Assembly (NCBI RefSeq): GCF_001194135.2
Contig: NC_068985.1
Coordinates: forward strand, 25,745,772-25,809,771
Direction: 5' to 3'
Source of the DNA: Octopus bimaculoides
Taxonomy: Eukaryota
DNA: 64,000 nt
Shown here: piece after piece, positions 24,859-34,250 of the stretch
How the letters are laid out: every line of letters starts with the position of its first letter
Numbering within the stretch: position 1 is the first letter of the stretch
The notes under the pieces: model-generated
Seen by the model: the letters and a program-made list of their open reading frames with translations, nothing else
Database searches by the model: none
What the model was told of the DNA's origin: nothing
Position numbers and translations under genes: made by a program

Positions 24859-27023
24859 CTGTGAGTTTATGCGTGAGTTTATGTTGAAATATTTTTTGAA
24901 CTGTCGCCATTGTTATTTGATTTGAATTGTTGTTAGAACTGTTGCCGTTGTTAATTTGTTAATTGTTGTTTTGTTCCCCATTGTGGGAAAATGGAGAAGA
25001 TTCAGGAGAGAGGCCCAAGTTATGCAGCCGCAACGAGCAGAGGAGTAGACGTGCAAGAGTTGGAGGTCCGTGAGATAAAGGTGGAACCTCGAAAGATGAA
25101 GGAGAGTGAAAAATTAATCTCAAAAGAAGGTAACACTCTGAAATTAACGCCACCTGAAGAGACTTCGGCCATTGTGTTAAGAAAAACTATGATATTCAAA
25201 ACCATGAAGACAGCTACAAGAAAAATAGAGATTGCACCGATAGAAGCCATAGAGGAGTGTATCAAGGAATTGAAAAGACTTACAACCTACATTACGGGAG
25301 GGAGAAAATACGCCACTGTGGAGGTGCGCTTCACAACAGAGGAGAAAGCACTCCACAGAGACTATAAGGTCAGAAGAATGGATGCTCCTGCCTTCGTACT
25401 GCGGCAAACGTATGGCCAAAGTGCGAGTGAGTAAGGTGCCACTCGAATTATAGGAAGAATGGCTGATGATAGCAATAACATATAATATGAAAGATGGGAA
25501 GATTTTGAAGGCTAACAGGACCCAGAAGGTAAACTACTGGGGTTGTTGTTGGCACTCTGTCGCTTACGACGTCGAGGGGTCCAGTTGATCCAATCAACGG
25601 AACAGCCTGCTCGTGAAATTAACGTGCAAGTGGCTGAGCACTCCACAGACACGTGTACCCTTAACGTAGTTCCTGGGGGATATTCAGCGTGACACAGTGT
25701 GACAAGGCTGACCCTTTGAATTACAGGCACAACAGAAACAGGAAGTAAGAGCGAGAGAAAGTTGTGGTGAAAGAGTACAGCAGGGTTCGCCACCATCCCC
25801 TGCCGGAGCCTCGTGGAGCTTTTAGGTGTTTTCGCTCAATAAACACTCACAACGCCCGGTCTGGGAATCGAAACCGCGATTCTATGACCGCAAGTCCACC
25901 GCCCTAACCACTGGGCCATTGCGCCTCCAAACTACTGGGGATATGGTATTGAATTGACAATACACGCAACTAAGGAGGATTTGAACAGTGTGTGAATGAG
26001 ATTGTGCTGCCAGAAGATGTAAGATTGAGAGTCAGTGTAGAGAGAAGGCCGCCGATGTTTCACATGTGGAGAGAGGGGCTACATGAAGGCGTGGTGATCC
26101 CAAAGAGTACAACAAGCAGAACAGGTGGAAAGACAGGAGAGTGTGGACCAGATCATGGTAACAGAAAAAGTAACAGAAAAAGAAACAGGAAATGGATTTA
26201 CTATGGTTGAAAAGAAAAGAAGGAGGAGCGGAGGAATGAGTTCTCCGCCAGAGAACCAGAAAAAGAAGAGAGAAGAGGTGGGAAAAGAAACTGTGAAGGA
26301 GGTCAGTGGGAAGGAAGAAAAGGGGAAAGTAAAAAGAAAGTGGAGTTACCAATAAAGATACCGGTTGTTCCAGTGGAGAAAGATTCGGAAATACAACTGC
26401 AGGAAAGAGAGTTGGAGAGATTATTTAGGATAGAGGAAGGAAAAACAGAACAAAAAGTACAAGATAAAGGAAAGAAGATACGAGGAGGAGATGGAGTGTG
26501 GTATTATGTGACATACCCAAAGAATGTAGAAACAGAAAAAAAGATAATTAAGTTTAATTAAATAGTAAGAGTGAAGGTGCCTTCATACGTCTACGCAGAG
26601 GATATGAAGGCAATACTGATTGAAGAAGAGAACTGCAGAAAGCTGAAAGAGATGTGTGGAGATAGCGTTGACCCACAAGGAGTGGAGGTGGAATTCAAGG
26701 AGTTGCTACCAGTAGTGAATCTGAAAGATATTGAACCACTGATGAAGTTCTACTAAAAGAGAACAATAATGCATGTTAAATGATGTTATTTTTAGGAAAA
26801 TAATGGTGATAAAGTAGGAAAAAAGAACAATTGTAGATAGTACATATAACGGTTCAAATGGTACTGCATGGGAATGAGGCGCGTGTGGCCATTTTCATTT
26901 TTTTCATTATTATATAATTTCATCCAATTTACATTCGTTTTATGTTTTTTGTCCCCACTGTGGTCTTGTCTGTCCTTGTGGTGTCCGCTTCTGTGTTTAG
27001 GGCTTTATGCCTAATAAAGAAAT
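24859..27023 (+). mobile_element. Tx1/L1-like non-LTR retrotransposon, internally deleted (degenerate ORF1 + 3' UTR), inserted in a family C SINE
   Basis: ORF1-like translation (SYAAATS; KYATVEVRF; VRVSKVPLEL; LRVSVE.RPPxCFTCGERGYMKAW*, a CCHC knuckle with H>Y and C>stop) and a lysine-rich tail. The 3' end is TGTTTAGGGCTTTATGCCTAATAAAGAAAT. Flanked by a 13-bp TSD, CGATATTTCGTCT (24846-24858) / CGGTATTTCGTCT (27024-27036). Confidence 0.8.
25543..25928 (-). mobile_element. SINE family A inserted into the Tx1-like ORF1
   Basis: Full-length copy with (CAA)n tail; 12-bp TSD AAACTACTGGGG at 25531-25542 and 25929-25940. Confidence 0.92.
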
Positions 27024-27563
27024 CGGTATTTCGTCTTTACGTTCTGAGTTCAAATTCCACCGAGGTCGACTTTGCCTTTCATCCTTTAAGGGCCGATAAA
27101 TTAAGTACTAGTTGCGCACTGGGGTCGATCTAATCGACTGGCTCCTCTCCCCCAAAATTTCGAGCCTTGTGCCTAGAGTAGAAAAGAAGATATGATGCAG
27201 CATATGAAATATTAGCAACTATCTTAGAAGACAAAATTCGAAAAGCATCAGACATATTTTTTTTTTTTGTAAGTTTGAAATTCATCTTTTTGTTTCTTGA
27301 ATGAAGCTTAGTTTTGAACTTTTGATATTCATGTTTACAACTAAATTGAGAGTAAATAACTGAAAATATTTCTGAAAAATAAACTTGACTTGTTCGATAA
27401 CTAAGCTCCACTCCCCTTCATTAAAGAATTAAGAAGGCAGAACTAGTTTGCATGAAAATATCGTTGAAATAAAAAGACTCGGTGTGGAATTAAAAAAAAA
27501 AAAAAAGACAATAAAAGGGAGACAGAAGCAGCAGAAAAATCTCCGCTACAAGAACAATCTTCG

Positions 27564-28415
27564 ATGAGTGCTTTACAATTGCTCCGCTCCTTTACAGCGC
27601 GAATAACTTCTGATACTACGACATGCTGCCTGACGACGATACTTAGATATGATACAGAGATCATAGCAGTTGACTACTCTAATAAAAACTTGAAGACTTT
27701 CAGCGCTGAAGGTGTATGTTTAAGTGTGTTAAATCTACAGTCGTCTCCAAGAAGGGCATGCGTTACACCTGAAGGAGAAATTGTAGTGACGTTACAAGGA
27801 GAATATATGATTATGTTTCTCGTGAAATTTGGACACCAACTTTTTCCTTCGCTTGACATTCCCACTGCAAAAGACTATGCTCTCATTGAAGCTGTTGATA
27901 ATTCATTAATCTGTGGGAAATGTGGTTGTCCAGGCTACATAGACATCATCAATTACAGGGGTCATGTGTTACACAGCTTCTCCGCGTTCTCATCAAATGG
28001 TCTCCGTATTTCATTTCCTTCATATCTAGCTGTACATCCGTTAGGTGATCTTCTCCTCAGTGAAGTACGAAGCGATGGCTACCAGGCATTAATTCGCTGC
28101 AATCTAAGTGGTGATATAAAGTTCTTTTACCAAGGAGCTAAAAAAACTTTGAAGTGTCCTTCTGGCGTTTCTGTGGATAAAAATGGTTATATCTATGTAG
28201 CCTGTAGAATGCAAAACCAAATCTATTGCCTTACGTCAACAGGTAACCTTCATAATGTTCTAAAAACGAAACCAAACGCGATTTCAAATCCTGGATCTAT
28301 TTTTGTAACTCCTGATGGATCAACGCTCATTTTAGCAGAATTTGGGTCAGAAAATGTGAAAGTGTTTGATATACAGTCTGTCGATGACTATATAACGGAT
28401 GTGGATTCCTGTTAA
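27564..28415 (+). CDS. NHL-repeat / six-bladed beta-propeller protein (mollusc TRIM-NHL-like C-terminal domain); probably a terminal exon or a stand-alone propeller gene
   Basis: Uninterrupted 283-aa ORF with repeated blade motifs: IIAVDYSNKNLKTF, SSPRRACVTPEGEIVVTL, FPSYLAVHPLGDLLLSE, CPSGVSVDKNGYIYVAC..QNQIYCLTSTG, NPGSIFVTPDGSTLILAE..SENVKVFDI. The SD..C.(I/L)T start is typical of this family. Followed by an AT-rich 3' UTR-like region. Confidence 0.85.
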   Translation: MSALQLLRSFTARITSDTTTCCLTTILRYDTEIIAVDYSNKNLKTFSAEGVCLSVLNLQSSPRRACVTPEGEIVVTLQGEYMIMFLVKFGHQLFPSLDIPTAKDYALIEAVDNSLICGKCGCPGYIDIINYRGHVLHSFSAFSSNGLRISFPSYLAVHPLGDLLLSEVRSDGYQALIRCNLSGDIKFFYQGAKKTLKCPSGVSVDKNGYIYVACRMQNQIYCLTSTGNLHNVLKTKPNAISNPGSIFVTPDGSTLILAEFGSENVKVFDIQSVDDYITDVDSC

Positions 28416-29119
28416 CAGAACTCTTTAAACCAGGTCCGTAGGACTTTCAGCTCTGTTTTAATACAAATTCATTTTTTAAAATTCATATTTATTTGCATTG
28501 TAGTATTTATAAGACATCGAGATGCTTAAATAACCATTTTTTATATATAAAATTTAATCTAAATTTTAAATTAAACCTTTTAAAATTTAGTATTGGACTA
28601 CGCTTAAGACGACTGATTTAATCTACCGATTATCTTAATTATATGTATTAAAGATTCATTGTTGAAACCTTGTACTCGCGATATCTAAAAGCTAAGCTTT
28701 GTCTTATTTTTTGTTTCGTTTTTTTTTTTATCGAAAGTAAACTTAATGAGCTGAAATTGGCCGTGTAATTATCTTAAATTTAATTGCCTCATTTGTGAAT
28801 ATAACAAAACCTAAATATATTTTGCGTTTAGTTAAAGGTTCTTGTACAATAATTCAATTATTTCGCATTTAATATTTTCTTCGTGGATAATGTTAGACAA
28901 TTATATTTTTCTCTTGTACGACTGTATGGTTATTACGACCCGTAAGTATGTAATTGAGTTCTAACATACTGCGAAATATCTGAGCAAAATATTTCGTAGT
29001 TTTTGGTCAACTGGTGATATGAGTGAAATTTCGTAGACGAAAGTATTTCGTGTATAATTACATGTATGTGATATACAGTAGTAATAGCATGGGAACATGT
29101 GCTGTAACATTGCATCGCT

Positions 29120-29190
29120 TCATCCGCCATTCATTGGTAATTACCTACCACTCCTGACAGATGACGCCTTTGCACCAATCGGGCGACAGC
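29120..29190. promoter_or_regulatory. Possible core-promoter-like cluster
   Basis: CCGCCAT (YY1-like, 29124-29130), ATTGG (29133-29137), CCAAT (29175-29179) and GGGCG (29181-29185) in a locally CpG-richer segment. Confidence 0.3.
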
Positions 29191-29467
29191 TCCACCAACA
29201 TGGGTTTGTTTGAGCAGTTATTGTTGGTGAAGGTTTTAAAATGTCGGGTTGTAAATACTACCGCAACTTCTTTTAGTTGCGTTTCACGACACGCAGAGGA
29301 AATGTTTGGTCTATTCTTTGACACGCCGATCTCCACACAGTACACGTATATAATCACACAGTACACGTATATATGTAATATGTATCTTATGTACGATAGT
29401 ATATATCTATAGTTGGAATTTACAAAAAAAAAAAGACGAAGACCGTAACGCTCGGGAAGGCGAGATA

Positions 29468-29506
29468 GTCTTTTACGTGTCGAGCCTACGCTTTTCAACA
29501 GACAGG
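29468..29506 (-). ncRNA. Degenerate copy of the 51955 hammerhead-like motif
   Basis: CTGTTGA-A-AAGC-GTAG-GCTC-GACA-CGT-A-AAAGAC; downstream TCCCGAGCGT shared with the other copies. Confidence 0.45.
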
Positions 29507-29548
29507 AACACGAGAAAATAGAGAAAAAAAGTTTGTGGTCAATCATGG

Positions 29549-29583
<35 letters not shown>

Positions 29584-31057
29584 GTGTGTGTGTATTATAC
29601 AATATATTATGAGTTACTGCTGACCTGTTCAGCCATCTCGCCTGGGCGTTTATCCTCAGCCTTGGGTTCGCCTTATTTCCCGGCCGTTTTTTTTTCTACC
29701 TTTCTTTCTCTATTAATCAAATCCTGGGTACTAGCTAGTCGTGAGTGGTCGATCCTACGAAAAGTGCGCGCGAGCGCGCGTGCAAATGAATACATGTGTG
29801 CGCATGCAAATTAGTAAATAATTTCTTTTAAACAAAGTAAATAATTTTTTAAAAATTACTTTTTTCTTTTCTAAACAACGTAGATAGGTAGAAGGAATAA
29901 AAATAACACACTATCTGTTTTTGTTAACTTCATACATTTTTTTTCTTTTGGTTAAATTTTGTGAACAAAATAATTTTTATTTTCTAAACAACGTAAATAA
30001 ATTTTTAAAAAGGTNNNNNNNNNNNNNNNNNNNNNNNNNNNNNNNNNNNNNNNNNNNNNNNNNNNNNNNNNNNNNNNNNNNNNNNNNNNNNNNNNNNNNN
30101 NNNNNNNNNNNNNNNNNNNNNNNNNNNNNNNNNNNNNNNNNNNNNNNNNNNNNNNNNNNNNNNNNNNNNNNNNNNNNNNNNNNNNNNNNNNNNNNNNNNN
30201 NNNNNNNNNNNNNNNNNNNNNNNNNNNNNNNNNNNNNNNNNNNNNNNNNNNNNNNNNNNNNNNNNNNNNNNNNNNNNNNNNNNNNNNNNNNNNNNNNNNN
30301 NNNNNNNNNNNNNNNNNNNNNNNNNNNNNNNNNNNNNNNNNNNNNNNNNNNNNNNNNNNNNNNNNNNNNNNNNNNNNNNNNNNNNNNNNNNNNNNNNNNN
30401 NNNNNNNNNNNNNNNNNNNNNNNNNNNNNNNNNNNNNNNNNNNNNNNNNNNNNNNNNNNNNNNNNNNNNNNNNNNNNNNNNNNNNNNNNNNNNNNNNNNN
30501 NNNNNNNNNNNNNNNNNNNNNNNNNNNNNNNNNNNNNNNNNNNNNNNNNNNNNNNNNNNNNNNNNNNNNNNNNNNNNNNNNNNNNNNNNNNNNNNNNNNN
30601 NNNNNNNNNNNNNNNNNNNNNNNNNNNNNNNNNNNNNNNNNNNNNNNNNNNNNNNNNNNNNNNNNNNNNNNNNNNNNNNNNNNNNNNNNNNNNNNNNNNN
30701 NNNNNNNNNNNNNNNNNTAAAACCAGTACAAACGCACGAACGATGTCATAACAGTGATAAACGAAATATACACCGCCGATAGTTGTTATTGACAAACAAC
30801 GGCAGTAATTTTATTCAGCTGAATACACGTCATTGATTGGTTGAAATTACCGACATACTACAACTTTAACACGAAATAACTTCGAAAATAAAGAATTTTC
30901 TTTAAAACGCTAAGAGTAAATGATGTTTTACATGACACATTCTACCAGTATACGAAATTTGAAAGTGTTTAGTTACAAAATTTTTTTTTTTATGTGCCGG
31001 CCAAAAGGAAAAGATCCTCCCCATCTATGTTTAGGGCTTCATGCCTAATAAAGAAAT

Positions 31058-31225
31058 CGGTATTTCGTCTGTCTTTACGTTCTGAGTTCAAATTCCGCAG
31101 AGGTCGACTTTGCTTGTCATCCTTTCGGGGACGATAAATTAAGTACCAGTTGCGTACTGGGTCGATGTAATCGACTGGCCCCCTCTCCCCAAAATTTCGG
31201 GCCAGGTTCCAAGAATAGAAAAAAA
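31058..31225 (+). mobile_element. SINE family C 3' part preceded by a Tx1-like 3' tail
   Basis: Junction AATAAAGAAAT|CGGTATTTCGTCT at 31057/31058. Confidence 0.8.
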
Positions 31226-31549
31226 AAATACTATTTTATTCTTTTTATATTGAAAGCTTTGCCTCTCTCCCTCTAGAAAACAATTTTAAGCTTAATATGG
31301 AGCTGCTGCTAACTATATTAGTATGCGCATTATATCAACTATTTATATTTAATTTTGGGGGTATGAGTTCATATTACGTACACGACGATATGTAGTCTTT
31401 CGTTGGACAATTTGCAATACATTATTTCAATTCTAATACGCTATGTTAGATGGATTTGAAGAAGTGGCTTTATTTCTAGTAGTTCGGGTGATTACAAACA
31501 GAGAGAGAGAAGGATGCTGAAAGATAAGGAGGGAAAATATGGGAAAGAT

Positions 31550-33165
31550 GTATGCGTGTGTTCGAGATGAGATTTACATCTAGTACCGCGTGGAGATTGA
31601 CATCGCTGTTGCCTGCACAATATCTGTTGCGTGGTTTATTCTAGTTCTAGAAGTGTTTTTCAAAGCAACAGACTTTTCATAACAAATGGCCGAGGTAAAT
31701 TCACTTCTATCAGGAGAATGGATAATGCAGATGCCCACGCAGGTTAGACAAGCTGATATAGTGGTCAAGGATGCAGTTCAAAACAAACAAAAAAACTGAT
31801 TTATTTCCCACAAGGGGTACACACAGAAGGGGACAATACAAGAAATGTGGGGACACGAAACAAAGGGGGAAAAAACTCGCGCAGTCTGAATACAGAAAGT
31901 GAAATTTGAAATAGGAGAAAGTATGCCAAGAGTTAAGGAAGAACTTATAAGAGCCTGGGGTACACATGATTTAGAACTTTGTCAGGTAGGAGCCACGAGA
32001 TGCAGATTATAAAGCAAGCTGAGAATGGTCTAAAAGCAATTGATGGTTCAAAACGACCAGGCAAGTATAAAATTTAGTATCTGCAGTTTGGCCAATATCG
32101 ACACCTTTCATGACCACTGCTAGCTTATTAAGCTAGCAGTGTCACGTGTTCAAATCATTGAACAAAAATACAATGCATTCATTAGGCAATAACTAGGTAT
32201 ACTTCGTATAATAAACCCTTCAACTCTTTAAAGCAAAAGGGGGGACATTTCAATTTCCAATGATTTCAATGGTCGAAATTTATAAAATAGGGAAGGTAGG
32301 AAATTTTGAGGATGATGCTAGGGGAGTCGAAGGATATAAAAATTAAGGCACAATCCACCAGGTGTAAAAAAGAAAAAAAAAGCCAGGAAGTGGAAATCAA
32401 AGGCAGAAATTAATGACATCCTGTTAAGCACAAAATACGGTGGGTGCTATATAGTTGAAAGGGACTTTGGTTTAGCTCATAATTTCAAGCCATTTTCGAG
32501 TATGACCCAGAACGAACGCAGATTTGTTCCTAGTAGTCAAGGGAAGCAAAGAAATGAGTTTCATTTGATTTAATGCTCTCAACAAAGACAGATGAAACAC
32601 GTAATTGAGATAACTTGGAATTGAAGTGGAGTACATCATTACTAAGTCTTTCAATGTGTTCATCTTATGATAGCTTACTATTCCCTACAAACCTGGTGAG
32701 ATGGAAGGTGTCAGAGTGATAAATGCAAATCTGGGAAGGTAGGAACACTGAAACATATTCTTTCTAGTTGTCCACTGGTGTTGTATAGATGGAGACACAA
32801 TCTGTTAATATTCTCTTCAATGTCGCACGGAACCAAATTTCTCTAATCAACAATGACAAGAAATGATAAAGAAATCCAGTAAGATTTTATCACCTTCGTG
32901 CATCCAGGACAGCCGATCTGCTTGAAGGAGCTTCCTACGAACGACGAAAAGTGGAATGGCTATGGGAAGGTGGCTGCAGATTTGCCAAGGTGCTAAGGAT
33001 TCTTCCCCTACTCCGTTTGCGGAGAAACCAGTTATTATATGGTGTAAAGAAATCTGGTCGAGTTGACAAAGGATGGACCTTTATGAACTTCTTGAAGAAT
33101 GTGAAGATGCAGGCTGGAAAGCAGAACATTATCCAACTGAAATTGAAAGAGTTCATACTATATAT
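31550..33165 (+). mobile_element. HERO-type RLE non-LTR retrotransposon, degenerate RT-to-endonuclease region
   Basis: Stitched translation: IAVACTISVAWFILVLEV, KAIDGSKRPGKYKI, SYDSLLFPTNLVRWKV, GTLKHILSSCP..YRWRHN, (R)PVIIWCKE, YELLEECEDAGWKAEHYPTEI. These match HERO-clade motifs (GCTISV, GLPGK.K.W, YD.LP.P.NL..W, L.HILS.C...RY.WRH, RPD, GW....P.E). Confidence 0.8.
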
Positions 33166-33539
33166 GTAGGGGTGGGGAATCAATGATCAAATGCATTCGA
33201 ATTTTGACTACATCCTCCTATTTTAGAATAAAGCAAGAATGACCATTGCATACTTTTATTTAAAATGGTAGGGTGGGATTTGAAGGATATTTGACCGCAG
33301 TTTCTATAAATTGGAAACGCTAAGTTATGAGGGCGTGCACAAACCAACGCTTGTTGTCAAGCAGTAGAGATGAACATATACACACACAACTATCTATATA
33401 TCTTTGTATGTATGGTGATATACGTATATAAACGATGGGCTTACACAGTTTCCGTCAAATTCACTCACAACCTATTGATCAGCTCGGGGCCATAGTAGAA
33501 TGAATGTGCACCTCTATGGAGCTACTCGTACTATTACTG

Positions 33540-34250
33540 AACATCATATCATTTCTGTTCCAAACCACTATGTCAAACCTACTGTGTTTGCATATCGCGG
33601 AAATATTGATGCAAATTTTCCCAATATTTCCTAAGTTAAGACAAATTTGATTTACTAAAAATCAGAAACCTCTGTATTTGTCGCAAATCATTTCTCCTTA
33701 TGGTTAGCAACATCATCATGCTGCATTAGAAACTTGTATGTTAATGACCTGTTTGAGCAGCTGCTGGTCGCATGCGAAATATCTTCTGTAGAAGTGTGAC
33801 ATAATCAACATTTTCTATCTAATCTGGAGAGATTAAGTCTTTCGCTGTTTCTCTTTATTGTGTATTTTATAGTAATCTCCTATTCTTGATTGTAGAAACA
33901 TGACCTTTAAAATTGACGTGCTGTGACGGTCGTGTGTTTCAGAGGGTCTACACTTCCTGTCAATATTAGTATCATCAAGCTTAAGAGAAGTATACTCACG
34001 CATAACTTTTTTGTCGTTTTTGGTTCTTTTTATGTGGAGTGTTTCTCCTCCAAATTCTTGTTAAAATACCAGTTCTGGGGTTACGTGGAACGTCCTTTGC
34101 TTGTATGTAATTAGATCGTGGGTGACCGAATAAATAGATACCTGACAGCCAGCCGAGAGATCGGCATTTCTGTGTCTAAGTGAAAGCACTGTATAATTGG
34201 CGAGTGTTTCGTCGATTTTGCAGTGCTGAGTTCAATTCATTCCACAAGAA
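33540..34250 (-). mobile_element. Highly degenerate R4/Dong-type RLE LINE fragment
   Basis: Minus-strand remnants EDISHATSSCS, MQHDDVAN and ISAICKHSRFDIVVWNR, homologous to the 22775-23345 fragment. Confidence 0.55.

Larger units (their letters stand above)
24801..27189 (+). mobile_element. SINE family C split by the Tx1-like insertion
   Basis: 5' part at 24801-24858, 3' part at 27024-27189; outer TSD-like ATATGATGCAG at 24786-24796 and about 27190-27200. Confidence 0.8.

Noticed and set aside
27190-27275. YDAAYEILATILEDKIRKASDI open frame ending near a GTAAGT donor upstream of the NHL ORF
   Set aside because: Its start coincides with the SINE TSD, and the reconstructed pre-insertion site has no good acceptor. 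Kept only as a remark in the NHL finding.
29815-31018. AT-rich repeat-like segment spanning a gap, possibly a DNA transposon
   Set aside because: Only one putative terminus is visible; no TIR pair, TSD or coding remnant can be shown.
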